This document shows, piece by piece, positions 19,542 through 30,123 of a stretch of 64,000 bases of DNA. The DNA is taken from contig JBBSXC010000004.1 in NCBI GenBank assembly GCA_038045945.1, positions 224,001-288,000 on the forward strand, in the 5' to 3' direction. Position numbers and translations under genes: made by a program. The notes below the pieces were generated by a model. It did not search any database, was not told where the DNA came from, and saw only the letters and a list, made by a program, of their open reading frames with translations. The DNA is from Nanobdellota archaeon. GTDB lineage: Archaea > Nanobdellota > Nanobdellia > Pacearchaeales > GW2011-AR1. Position 1 is the stretch's first letter. The number at the start of each line of letters is the position of its first letter.

Positions 19542-19641
19542 CCCAATTTAAAAAAAAACATTTTCTCTGATGAGGGGTCGGTTTTTTGGTTCTGCATGGG
19601 ACCATAAATAATTAAAGCACTAAGATAAATAATTATTCGTT

Positions 19642-19953
19642 ATGCTTAAAAGAACTACAGTTTACTACGATTCTAAAACGGCAGACCCGACAACTCCTGG
19701 AGTAAGCCATTTAATAATCGAAGAAGGAAAAATAGGTTACATTACAGCAACACTCTACATCACTAGAAGACTAGAGGTATCTCTTAAAGAAGGACAAAGA
19801 CTAGTGCCCATTGGTGAAGCAAGAGAAAAGTATGATTTTAGGGAAATAATGCCCCCATATATTGATCAAAGAGCAATAAGAGAACTTGAAGAGGAGAGAG
19901 ATCAAGAAATAAGAGAAGGAATAAGTAGAAGAATAGGAAGAAAAGTAGCTTAA
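19642..19953 (+). CDS. Hypothetical protein
   Basis: 103-aa ORF, no motif recognised. Confidence 0.5.
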   Translation: MLKRTTVYYDSKTADPTTPGVSHLIIEEGKIGYITATLYITRRLEVSLKEGQRLVPIGEAREKYDFREIMPPYIDQRAIRELEEERDQEIREGISRRIGRKVA

Positions 19954-19997
19954 CAACGGTAAGCAATCTTTATATATCGTTAATTACTAATTCTTGA

Positions 19998-21896
19998 ATG
20001 CTTATTAAAGGGGTAAATAAGAGGGGACAAGTAACAATTTTTGTCATCATAGCACTAGTAATATTGGGAGCAATAGGAATATACTTAGCAACAAATTATT
20101 CTACAACGAATCAAGGAATACCAGAACAATTCCAAGAATTAGAAGAATACTACAATTCATGCATAAAAGAAATAGCCAGTGGGGGAATAAGTATAATAGA
20201 AAACAACGGAGGATTTATAGAAGAACCAGAACTAATAAGAGGAAACCCACAAGAACCATTATCCTCAAAAATAAATTATTTAGGAGAAACAATACCCTAC
20301 TGGTTATACCTAAATGACGGAAAAATAGTAGAGCAAGCGCCAACAAAAAATTCTATGCAAGAACAAATAAGCAAATACATAAAAAACAGAATAAATGAAT
20401 GCAACTTTGAAGATTACTCAAGCCAAGGATACATAATAGAAAGGGGAGAAAACCCTGTAGTGGAAGTAACAATCAATAACAAAGAAGTAACAACAAAGGT
20501 GACAGATCAATTAGTGTACGCAAAAGAAGAAACAAAGCAGCTGGTAAGCAACCACGAAATAAGAATAGACAGTAATCTGGGAGCACTATACAATAAAGCA
20601 ATAGAACTATACAACAAAGAATTACAAAACGAATACTTAGAAAATTATACTGTAGACATGATAAGACTATACGCACCAGTTGATGGAGTAGAAATATCAT
20701 GCTCGCCAAAAGTATGGAAAGAAAAAGAAGTATTCGACGAATTAAGAGAAGCAATAGAAGCAAACACACAACAAATAATGCTGGACTCAGGAAAAAATGA
20801 TGATTCAATGACAACAAAAGAAAAATATTTCACAATACCAATAAGCAGCGACGGACTACAAACATACATGCGATACTCAAAAGACTGGCCAACAAGCATG
20901 AAAATACACCAAAGCGACGGAGGAATACTAATAGCAAACCCGGTAGGAAACCAAGAAGGATTAGGAATACTAGGATTCTGCTACGTACCATACCACTTCG
21001 TATACGACCTAGACTACCCACTAATGATACAAATATTCGATGAAAACAGTGAAGAGATGTTCCAATACCCAATACAAGTAATAATAAGATCAAACCACGC
21101 AAGACAAGGAATAAACCAAGTATACCAGGGACTAGAAAACACAATCTGCAAATACAAAGTAAAAAGCATAGAAGTAAACACCTACGATGAAGAAACATTA
21201 ATGCCAGTAGAAGCACAAATATCATTCAAATGCCTAAACGAAGGATGCTACTTAGGGGAAACAAGAACAGACACAAACAATAACGCAAAAGCAACACTTA
21301 ACGCACCACAATGCGTTAACGGATTCTTAACAGCAACAGCAGAAGGATACAACAAAGGAGAATACCAAATATCAACAAATAACGAAACAATAGCAAACAT
21401 ACTGCTAAAAAAACAATACACACTAAACATAAACGTAAAATACGATGACGGACAAGAAGTAAAAAGCAACGCATTCATATACCTAAAACCTGCAAGAGGA
21501 AACGGAGAAGTAAAAACAGTGGTTTGGCCAGAACAAAAAACAATAACTATAACAGAAGGAGAATATAACATAACAGCATACGCATACGAATTGTCAAACA
21601 TAACACTACCAGGAACAAAAGAAAAAAAGTGCTTCCAAGTACCTAGGCCAGGACTATCAGCAGTACTGGGACTAACAAAAGAACAATGCTACGACATAAC
21701 AATACCAGGACAAAAAATAAGCACGAGCATAAGTGGAGGAGGAAAAACAAACTATTACTTCACACAAAGCCAAATAAGAACACAAAAAAACGTACAAGTA
21801 ACAATACCAAGAGGGCCAACACCAAGAACAATAGAAGCACTACAAACAGCATACGCAATAGCAGACAATAAACAAATAACAATAACAACACAATGA
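19998..21896 (+). CDS. Large class III signal-peptide (pilin-like) surface protein
   Basis: NKRG-QVTIFVIIALVIL cleavage motif; several Cys pairs; beta-sandwich segment with ATAEGY. Confidence 0.8.
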   Translation: MLIKGVNKRGQVTIFVIIALVILGAIGIYLATNYSTTNQGIPEQFQELEEYYNSCIKEIASGGISIIENNGGFIEEPELIRGNPQEPLSSKINYLGETIPYWLYLNDGKIVEQAPTKNSMQEQISKYIKNRINECNFEDYSSQGYIIERGENPVVEVTINNKEVTTKVTDQLVYAKEETKQLVSNHEIRIDSNLGALYNKAIELYNKELQNEYLENYTVDMIRLYAPVDGVEISCSPKVWKEKEVFDELREAIEANTQQIMLDSGKNDDSMTTKEKYFTIPISSDGLQTYMRYSKDWPTSMKIHQSDGGILIANPVGNQEGLGILGFCYVPYHFVYDLDYPLMIQIFDENSEEMFQYPIQVIIRSNHARQGINQVYQGLENTICKYKVKSIEVNTYDEETLMPVEAQISFKCLNEGCYLGETRTDTNNNAKATLNAPQCVNGFLTATAEGYNKGEYQISTNNETIANILLKKQYTLNINVKYDDGQEVKSNAFIYLKPARGNGEVKTVVWPEQKTITITEGEYNITAYAYELSNITLPGTKEKKCFQVPRPGLSAVLGLTKEQCYDITIPGQKISTSISGGGKTNYYFTQSQIRTQKNVQVTIPRGPTPRTIEALQTAYAIADNKQITITTQ

Positions 21897-21922
21897 AAAC
21901 AGGTAAATTTTCAAGCATTAAA
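21891..21922 (+). repeat. 32-nt dispersed repeat, copy 1 (copy 2 at 63400-63431)
   Basis: CAATGAAAACAGGTAAATTTTCAAGCATTAAA, 30/32 identical to copy 2. Confidence 0.85.
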
Positions 21923-21924
21923 TT

Positions 21925-24900
21925 ATGGAACAATTTAACACAATGAAAGTAAAAAAATACTATTTTTACATAACAATAATACTGTTATCAATAATAGCAA
22001 TAACAAACGCAGAAGCAATAACAAACTTCCAAACATTCAACCAAGAAAGAGGTCTAGTAACAAACAACTTCTGGGACATAAACCAAAAAAACGCTATATG
22101 TCAAACAGGACAAGACATGATACTAGAAATAATACCCGGAAGCTGCAGCCCAAGCGTAGTACGAAGCGACTTATTAGAAAGCCAAAACGTACCAGTATTT
22201 TGCCAAGTCACAGGAATAAAAATAAATCCATCAGTAGACCTAGGAAAAATAGCATCAGTAAGCTTCGCAGGAAGCGGAGGACTACCAGAAGGAGTGGCAG
22301 GGATATCATTCTACCCATACAGAGCAGCGGTAACACAAACAAACAACCTATTCACATCAGGAGGAGTAGCAAACATAGGAAACAGCTTAGGATACGTAGT
22401 AGTAGTGCTAAAACAAACACCAGTAGAAAAAGACATGCCAGGGGCAATAATGTTAAACCTAACAGCAAAAATAAGTTATGACGTAAAAAAAGTTTATGGG
22501 TCGGGAAAAGTAGAATACTTCCTACAACAAAACACTGACGAAGAATGGAACGAAAACTACAAAGAATACGGAATATTCAAAGGACAACAATACCTAAGAC
22601 TAGAAGAATTATCAATTGACGGAACGCAAGCAAAAGTAAGCATATACAAAGACAAAGACACAATAATAAATTCAATAAACCTGAGATTAGGAGAACAATC
22701 AAGCCTGCTAAACATACCCGGATTCTACTGCGGAGCAGGAATAAGGATGAAACTAACAGGATCAGAAGCACCAAGAAAAAAAGTACAATTACAAGTGGAC
22801 CAAGACACAATATGGCTACATGAAGGACAAAAATTCCTAAACGAACAATGCGTCGTACGAAGTATTGAAATAACAAACAGAACAAGAAATAACGGGCTAG
22901 AAAAAGGGATAGTAAGAATAAGCTGCCCTAAGGGAAGTTACGAACTAGAAATAAGCGAATTAGACCAAAGCCTAGGGACACAAAACATAGCCTGGGACAA
23001 AGTATTAGCAGGAATAAGCTCAGACCCAACAAAAAAACAAATAATAGAAAGTTTTGAAAAAGCAAAAGAAGAAGCATACCTAGTAGCAGACCTATACACA
23101 AGCGAAAAAAGAAGCAATAACGAAAATTACAAACCAGGACAATTCTACGGCCTTTCAGACTTGCAAGAACTGGCAATAACAGCACAAAACCTAGGACAAT
23201 ATAAAACAGAACTAGAAATACAAGAAAAAATCATAAGCAAATATCCTGGAACAATTGAAGAATTAGAATCACAAAAAAGGATAGGGGAACTAAAAAACTT
23301 TTCATACATAAAAGCAAACGCAATAACAACAGTAGACTTCTCAATACACACAATAACAATAAAAAATTATAAGAATCCAGCAGTAAGCGAAGCAAGCGTA
23401 GAATTTGACAGACCAGCAGAACCAAGGATAATAGGAGACTACATATACACAACAGACAAAAACCAAACTGCTGGAGAAGCAGCAGAAACATGGGTAAGGA
23501 TAAGAGAAATAAAAAAAGACTCAATAATACTACAAGCAAGAATAACAGAAACAATAAAAGACGCTAACGGAAAAGAAACAAAAAACGTTAGAAGCGCAGA
23601 CTACACGATGACAGAAGGACAAACACTAGCAACAATAAACGGACTAAACCTGCCAGGACTAATCGGGGGAATTAACGGAAACAATGTACAACTAAAAAAG
23701 ATTAATCTTAAAGTAGAAGCAAAAGTAGAAGTGGTACCAGAAATATTACAAACAGGAAGCAGCAGCAACTTCACATTCAAAGTAGCAATAGAAAAAAGAG
23801 GAATAAAAATATCAACAGAAAAAACAGAGGAGATGATAAGAAACATTAATGAATCAATAGAAAAATTCACAAAAATAACAGAAAAATTAGGCCAGGCAGT
23901 AGAAACAGGAAAAGCAGCATGCCTAGCAGGAAGCTCAGCACTATTCATTAAAAACTTCATAGCAAATGCAGGAGGAGCAGCAGGCTCAAGAGCAGAAGTA
24001 ATGAACGGACCAGACGGATGGTACCAAAAATGTGATAGGTTAGTAAAAAGTAGCCCTAGCCAATACAACAACCTAAACGACTGCTTACTAAAAAACAACG
24101 CAAACATACAAGAAGACGTAACAAAATGGACAGAAGCAGAAAAAGCAGTTAATACACAATTCGACAATGTGTACAACAAAGAAAACATAACAGGATCACA
24201 ACAAGAATTCATAAAAGTATTCGCAAACGACGTGTGCGGAGGAAAACTAAAAGACAAACAAATAACCATTGAAGAAAAAACAAAAATCATTTGCGGACAA
24301 GGAGGAGTATTCGAAAACAAAGAAGCAGTAATAGCGGCTTATAACCAAGGAGACTTCACAATAGCAGACGCAAAAAAAGTAATGACTGCATCACAAACAT
24401 ACGGAGGAGCAAACACGATAAGCCAAAATACTGACACATTAGGAGCGCAAAAAATAAACGGTTTCTTCTCAAACATGCAAAGAAGGCCAGGACTAACAAC
24501 GGCAAACTATGCTGGTGCTTTAGGAACAGCATCTGGAAAAGTATTCTCAGCATACTCGCCAGACACAAGAATAGCAAACGTTGAAGTAATTGAAGTAAAA
24601 GCGGGAGACAAACTAGGGGGGACGGTTGATGTGAAAGAGGGAAGATACACACTAATATCTGTAGCACCAGGAACAAGATTCGCCGACCCTGCATCAACAA
24701 CAAAACTAGCAGGAAAAGTATTAGTAGTGCCAGTAACAACAGACGCATCAGGAAACGTACAATTAAACGAAAGCGACCCAACAAAAAACATAATAATAGA
24801 CTCGAATGGAAAAAATGTGGACACATTCACAAGAGACGAATACGGGCAGGTATTAGGACAAAACAAAATATCAAGCTTCAAATCAATAACAGAATCACAA

Positions 24901-27339
24901 GCATCATGCTCAAACTATTACCAAAACCCAACAGTAAAATACTTCACAAGCGGACAATACAGCGGACTACCAGCAGTAGTACCAATAGATACAGCAAAAG
25001 GGTGGTACGTAGCAACAAAAGACAGCGAACTAGCGCCATACACAGAAGCAGGACAACTAAGAACATTCTGGATTTGTAACGTAGGAAAAGATGGACTAGA
25101 ACAATTCGATTACGACACAGACGACAAACACACATGCTTCCAAGTAAACCTGGATAAAGGAACACCAGTAGACCAAAGCTACTGCTTTAACGAAGCAGAA
25201 ACAAGGCAAATAATCAGCAGAGCACAACAAGCAATCGGGCAAGCAGGAAAATACGACCAAGGAAGAACAAAAACAAACATCCTTGGAACAAACTACAACA
25301 TAGAAAAAGTAGCATCAAGCGCACCAGGAACACAATGCCAAGACTTCATGAGCCCAAGCGATTGTAACATAATGTTCAATCTGTGCGACCCGGTAATATG
25401 CCCAGCAAGCAGATGCGACCTAGGAGGAACATACAGAGTTGACGACGTAATACAATCAGGAATAGCAGGAAGCATAGCACTATGCTTACCAAACGCAAAA
25501 GAAGGAATATATGTGCCAATATGCTTATCAGGAATATACGCGGGCCTGGACGCATACACAAGCGTGCAAAAAGCACACAGAGACTGCCTACAAAATTCCC
25601 TCGCAACAGGACAATACACAGGACTGTGTGACGAAATAAGATCAGTATACATGTGCGAATTCTTCTGGAGACAAGCAACACCAATAATAAAAGCAGGAAT
25701 ACCAAAACTAATAGAAGGATTAACATCAAGCAACACCGCAAGAGCTGGAGGAGAATACTCAAACTTCCAAAAAGCATACACAACAGCAGACCAATCAGTA
25801 AACTACTTCACACAAGTATACGGACAACAAGCATTCTCAGCATTCAAAATAAGAAGCACGGCAGACATAGGAACACAAGTATGCCAACAATTCGCATCAG
25901 CAAACTACCCAGACAGCGCAAGCATAATAGACTCACTAATAAAACCAGAAAGCCCAGTACAATTCTACGCACAATTCGACGAAATACCATACAGCGAAGC
26001 AACAGTACCGCCAACAAGCCAATACAACGTATTCTACCACATATACGCAGGAAAAGAAAAAGGAACATACTTCACAGTATACCTAAAGAACCCCCCACAA
26101 AACGGGCTATACGCAGGACAAGAAACAATACTAATAAACCAAGGGTTCATACCAGCAGGAGAATACGATTCACAAAAAATAGAAAAAACACTACCATCAG
26201 GATACAGAGAACTATGCGTAAACATTAACGGAAAAGACGAATGCGGATTCCAAAAAGTAACAACAGACTACGGAATAAACACGCTAGGAGACAAATACGC
26301 ACAAGAACAAGCAACAAACCAAGCAGTAACAAAAGAAGAAGAATGCATAAACGGAGACTCAAGCATATACTCACTAGCAAATTCGAATCTAGAAGCAGGT
26401 CTGGATAATGCTCTAAACCCTGCAATATACCAACAAGGAATAATAAGAATGTGCTCTGCACAAAACCCAGGACAAAACGCAGGAGATAACACAGGCCTAG
26501 AAACAGTAAGGTGGAAAGACGTAGGATACTGCACAGACCAAAAAATAAGATGCTGGTTAGACACAACAAGCGTGAAAGAAGTAATAAAAAACAAACAAAT
26601 ACAAAACCAAACAATAGAACAGGTAAGCCAACAACTTGGAGAACCATCACAAGGACAAGCAGAACAAAGAATAAGCGCAGCACTAGGAATAATAAACGGG
26701 GTAACATTCGCAGCAATACAACCAGCACAACTGTATCCTAGCATAATTGACCCAATGACAGAAATAGAACAAGACGCATTCCCATCATTCACAAAAGTAC
26801 GCGCAACAGACACAAAATTCCAAGCATTCATAAAAATAGTAAACGGGCTATACGCAGGACAAACAATAAACAACATAAATACAATAAGCACAAATGTAGC
26901 AAACGCAACAGCACAAATAAAAAGAGACTGCGAAATAACAGGGTACACAATACCCCCAGTAAACCCATTAACTACAGGAAAAACATTACCATTCCTAATA
27001 AACTTCGCAGGACAATGCAACGATTGGAACACAACAACAGTAGAGCTAATAAAAATTGGAGATCCGAACTACGCAAACCAAGATTTTACTCAACAAACAT
27101 ACCAGCATCAAATTGATTTGCAAAAAGAAAAAGGAGTATTCTCACAAAACATAGCGCTAACAGAAAAGGGAAAATATTTCCTAAAAATAAGTTTAACATA
27201 CAAAGACTCACAAGGAAGAACATTCACAGAAATAAGTTATAACGGAAAAGGAAAACAACAATTCGAAGTAATAGACGGAGGAGCAAGCGGAGCGACAAAC
27301 CAAAGTCCAGGAGCTCCAGGAACTTTAGGAAACCCCTAA
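21925..27339 (+). CDS. Very large secreted Cys-rich hypothetical protein (1804 aa)
   Basis: N-terminal signal peptide, uninterrupted ORF with native codon bias, dense Cys cluster in the C-terminal half. Confidence 0.8.
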   Translation: MEQFNTMKVKKYYFYITIILLSIIAITNAEAITNFQTFNQERGLVTNNFWDINQKNAICQTGQDMILEIIPGSCSPSVVRSDLLESQNVPVFCQVTGIKINPSVDLGKIASVSFAGSGGLPEGVAGISFYPYRAAVTQTNNLFTSGGVANIGNSLGYVVVVLKQTPVEKDMPGAIMLNLTAKISYDVKKVYGSGKVEYFLQQNTDEEWNENYKEYGIFKGQQYLRLEELSIDGTQAKVSIYKDKDTIINSINLRLGEQSSLLNIPGFYCGAGIRMKLTGSEAPRKKVQLQVDQDTIWLHEGQKFLNEQCVVRSIEITNRTRNNGLEKGIVRISCPKGSYELEISELDQSLGTQNIAWDKVLAGISSDPTKKQIIESFEKAKEEAYLVADLYTSEKRSNNENYKPGQFYGLSDLQELAITAQNLGQYKTELEIQEKIISKYPGTIEELESQKRIGELKNFSYIKANAITTVDFSIHTITIKNYKNPAVSEASVEFDRPAEPRIIGDYIYTTDKNQTAGEAAETWVRIREIKKDSIILQARITETIKDANGKETKNVRSADYTMTEGQTLATINGLNLPGLIGGINGNNVQLKKINLKVEAKVEVVPEILQTGSSSNFTFKVAIEKRGIKISTEKTEEMIRNINESIEKFTKITEKLGQAVETGKAACLAGSSALFIKNFIANAGGAAGSRAEVMNGPDGWYQKCDRLVKSSPSQYNNLNDCLLKNNANIQEDVTKWTEAEKAVNTQFDNVYNKENITGSQQEFIKVFANDVCGGKLKDKQITIEEKTKIICGQGGVFENKEAVIAAYNQGDFTIADAKKVMTASQTYGGANTISQNTDTLGAQKINGFFSNMQRRPGLTTANYAGALGTASGKVFSAYSPDTRIANVEVIEVKAGDKLGGTVDVKEGRYTLISVAPGTRFADPASTTKLAGKVLVVPVTTDASGNVQLNESDPTKNIIIDSNGKNVDTFTRDEYGQVLGQNKISSFKSITESQASCSNYYQNPTVKYFTSGQYSGLPAVVPIDTAKGWYVATKDSELAPYTEAGQLRTFWICNVGKDGLEQFDYDTDDKHTCFQVNLDKGTPVDQSYCFNEAETRQIISRAQQAIGQAGKYDQGRTKTNILGTNYNIEKVASSAPGTQCQDFMSPSDCNIMFNLCDPVICPASRCDLGGTYRVDDVIQSGIAGSIALCLPNAKEGIYVPICLSGIYAGLDAYTSVQKAHRDCLQNSLATGQYTGLCDEIRSVYMCEFFWRQATPIIKAGIPKLIEGLTSSNTARAGGEYSNFQKAYTTADQSVNYFTQVYGQQAFSAFKIRSTADIGTQVCQQFASANYPDSASIIDSLIKPESPVQFYAQFDEIPYSEATVPPTSQYNVFYHIYAGKEKGTYFTVYLKNPPQNGLYAGQETILINQGFIPAGEYDSQKIEKTLPSGYRELCVNINGKDECGFQKVTTDYGINTLGDKYAQEQATNQAVTKEEECINGDSSIYSLANSNLEAGLDNALNPAIYQQGIIRMCSAQNPGQNAGDNTGLETVRWKDVGYCTDQKIRCWLDTTSVKEVIKNKQIQNQTIEQVSQQLGEPSQGQAEQRISAALGIINGVTFAAIQPAQLYPSIIDPMTEIEQDAFPSFTKVRATDTKFQAFIKIVNGLYAGQTINNINTISTNVANATAQIKRDCEITGYTIPPVNPLTTGKTLPFLINFAGQCNDWNTTTVELIKIGDPNYANQDFTQQTYQHQIDLQKEKGVFSQNIALTEKGKYFLKISLTYKDSQGRTFTEISYNGKGKQQFEVIDGGASGATNQSPGAPGTLGNP

Positions 27340-27405
27340 GTTAGATTTAATAATAAAAGTAAAAACTTGATAAATAAAAATAAGTAATCTTCTAAGAAAA
27401 AACTT

Positions 27406-28299
27406 TTAAGGCCTTTGCTGTGGTGCACCAATAGCTCCAGGGTGACCAGGTCCGGGTACAGCAGGCTTTAATCCTCTATTAGCAACATAAGAAGCAACAT
27501 CTCCCTTCTTAAAGACAACAACGTGACCATAAAGAGTAGGATTAGAAGCACTAGTGCCATTTCTTTCAAGTTGGAAACCTTCCTTACCATCAACTCTAAC
27601 AAAGTAGAAAGGAAGAACATCAGTTTGTTTAAGAGTGTTATGGAATTCTTGATCCTTACTCATAGGGAAAACAACATAATTTTGACCAACGCCAAGAGTT
27701 TGAGTAACAAAAGGCATGTTAGCTTCAGTTATAGTTTCAAGAGCAAGATTTGAAGTTGAAGTAGCAGCATTCTTAATTTCAGGCATACTCATTGATGGAA
27801 CAAGAAGTCTAGCTAAACCATCACCAGCAGATAAGTCCCTAACTTTCAAAGCTGGCTTATTAGGATTAGTAAGATCAAATTCAGCAACATAAGGAACATA
27901 ATTTTCTCCAGCAGGAGAATCAATAACAACTTTACCGCCAGGAATTCCTACTTGAGTAACAGAGATTCTAGCTTTATCAGAAGGAATCAATGAAACAGCA
28001 GGAAGATAATCTCTATCAACAACTTCGCCCTTAGGCCCAGTTAAACCAACAGCATAAGCGTTAGCATCATACATTTTAACTCTTGGAACGCCAAAAACAT
28101 CCTCACTAGCAGCATCAACATTACCTAATTGGTAATCAGAGAAAGCGTTATGAGATAAAGGGGTTTTAACAGGTGCAGAAGGAACAACAGGGGTTGTTGG
28201 TGCACGAGGAGTTCTAAGAGGATTAGTCTTACAACCAGCTAAAGTTGATAATGCAAGAGCGCTAACAAGAGCGCTTGATTGAACTAATCTTTTATTCAT
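27406..28299 (-). CDS. Putative lipoprotein
   Basis: Signal peptide ending in LAG-C lipobox, followed by a Pro/Thr linker. Confidence 0.65.
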   Translation of the reverse strand: MNKRLVQSSALVSALALSTLAGCKTNPLRTPRAPTTPVVPSAPVKTPLSHNAFSDYQLGNVDAASEDVFGVPRVKMYDANAYAVGLTGPKGEVVDRDYLPAVSLIPSDKARISVTQVGIPGGKVVIDSPAGENYVPYVAEFDLTNPNKPALKVRDLSAGDGLARLLVPSMSMPEIKNAATSTSNLALETITEANMPFVTQTLGVGQNYVVFPMSKDQEFHNTLKQTDVLPFYFVRVDGKEGFQLERNGTSASNPTLYGHVVVFKKGDVASYVANRGLKPAVPGPGHPGAIGAPQQRP

Positions 28300-28381
28300 A
28301 AAAATATATTAATAAAAGAGGTTTATAAATCTTTCTTTTTGTTGTAATAATAAAGTAGTATCAAAATGATTAAATTTTTTA

Positions 28382-28465
28382 TGCGGGAGAGAGGGATCGA
28401 ACCTCCGAAGGCACTAAGCCATACGCTCCTAAGGCGTATCCGTTTGACCGCTCCGGCACTCCCGC
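28382..28465 (-). tRNA. tRNA-Leu(TAG)
   Basis: GCGGGAG/CTCCCGC-A, arm TACGC-CTTAGGA-GCGTA, long variable arm. Confidence 0.95.
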
Positions 28466-28536
28466 ATTATAATGTCGCGGGGAAACACGTTTAAAAAGTT
28501 ATGGAATAAACAAAAAAATATTCTTTGATAGAATAA

Positions 28537-29478
28537 TTATCCTTTCTTCTTAATCTTGCTAGCTTTCTCTTCAGCTTCCTTAATCTTAAGCTTCTCAGTC
28601 AAGTCTAACCTATCAATAAGCTCCTTGTAACGATTACGAATAGTAACCTCAGTAATACCAGCTACATCCGCAACTTCTCTCTGAGTCTTTTTCTCATCAT
28701 TAATAAGAGCAGCAACATACAAAGCAGCAGCAGCGATACCCGCAGGACCGCGACCAGAAGTTAACTCAGAAATATCAGCCTTCTTAAGAATCTTGAGAGC
28801 CTCATTCTGAGTTTTAGGAGAAAGACTAAGAATACTAGCAAAACGAGAAATATAATCCTTAGGAGATGAAGGAGTAACCTTAATAGCTAATTTTCGAATA
28901 ATAAAACGATAAGTCCTACCTATCTCTTTTCTCTCAACGTCTGATGCATTAGCTATCTCGTCCAGTGTCCTAGGAATATTATAAGAACGACAAGCAGCGT
29001 AAATACAAGCAGCAATGACAGACTCCATACTTCTACCTCTAACAAGTCCTCTTTGAAGAACAAAATTGTAAACTCTAGCAGCCTCATCACCAACAACTTT
29101 AGGCAAAGACAAAAACGAAGCAACCCTTCTTAGTTCAGCCATAGCAAGACGAAGATTCCTCTCAATACTAGTAGAAACTCGCTCCTGCCACTTCTTAAGT
29201 CGTAAAAACTTTCTTGTTTGTTTCGATTCTAAACGATAAATATCAGATATTTCACCAACATTAGTAGTCAAACCCTTATCAAACTTTTGAATAGAAAGAG
29301 GAGCACCACCACGACCCTTCTTCTCGCCCTTATCAAACTGAGCATGAACCTCGTGTCCCGTATCAACCATCTTTTCCTCAACTAATAAACCACAATCATT
29401 ACAAATAACCTCACCACGTTGAGGATCATAAGTAAGATTAATACTATCACACTCAGGACACTTTTTTACATAAGACAT
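28537..29478 (-). CDS. tfb: Transcription initiation factor IIB
   Basis: CPEC...CNDCG Zn ribbon, ERNLRLAMAEL, GRSMES, TQREVADVAGITEVTIRNRYKEL. Confidence 0.97.
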   Translation of the reverse strand: MSYVKKCPECDSINLTYDPQRGEVICNDCGLLVEEKMVDTGHEVHAQFDKGEKKGRGGAPLSIQKFDKGLTTNVGEISDIYRLESKQTRKFLRLKKWQERVSTSIERNLRLAMAELRRVASFLSLPKVVGDEAARVYNFVLQRGLVRGRSMESVIAACIYAACRSYNIPRTLDEIANASDVERKEIGRTYRFIIRKLAIKVTPSSPKDYISRFASILSLSPKTQNEALKILKKADISELTSGRGPAGIAAAALYVAALINDEKKTQREVADVAGITEVTIRNRYKELIDRLDLTEKLKIKEAEEKASKIKKKG

Positions 29479-29557
29479 ATTTTTATTTTTTATTTCAAAA
29501 AGAGATTTAGTTAGATTTATAAGATTAATCACTCAAGGTTTAAAAACCTTTCTGCAA

Positions 29558-30061
29558 CTATCGAGGAGAAGATATATCAACCCTCACAGAATTAAAATGC
29601 GTCAATTTTGTACCATCATACTTGACCAACACTTGAAAAATACCTTCCATGCCAAATAATTCTGGAATTCTTCTATCTCCCTCATGCATGGGGTAACGAA
29701 AAACGTCTCTATCTGGAATCCAAAGTGGAGGAGACTTTCTACCCTCCTCTTCCTTTAATCTACCGGAAAACTTAGTAGCAGTATAAATCTCAACAAGCCA
29801 ATCTTCGGGGCTAGTAACGCTGCCTAACAATCTATCCTGATTATAAAAAGTAGCAATAGCCTTTAAACGGGGATCATGAACTACTAAACCTGTTTCCTCT
29901 TCAAACTCTCTGATCAAGCAATCAATTCCCCTTTCCCCTGACTCGGGTCTACCTCCGGGAGCGACATAAAAACCGCTATGGATATCATTTCCTTTTCTAT
30001 TTCTATGTAAAAAGAGTGTTTCACCACCACTTTTTAAATAGCACAAAGTGCCATTGATCAT
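29558..30061 (-). CDS. NUDIX hydrolase (MutT-like)
   Basis: PGGRPESGE...LIREFEEETG Nudix box. Confidence 0.88.
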   Translation of the reverse strand: MINGTLCYLKSGGETLFLHRNRKGNDIHSGFYVAPGGRPESGERGIDCLIREFEEETGLVVHDPRLKAIATFYNQDRLLGSVTSPEDWLVEIYTATKFSGRLKEEEGRKSPPLWIPDRDVFRYPMHEGDRRIPELFGMEGIFQVLVKYDGTKLTHFNSVRVDISSPR

Positions 30062-30123
30062 AATCTAATAAAAGAGAAACAAGTTATAAAGATTTATATA
30101 AAAAGAAAGAACTTTTCAAAAAA

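Noticed and set aside
19567-19615. CTGATGA hammerhead-like core downstream of the double tRNA-Val
   Set aside because: No GAAA partner or three-stem junction could be built.
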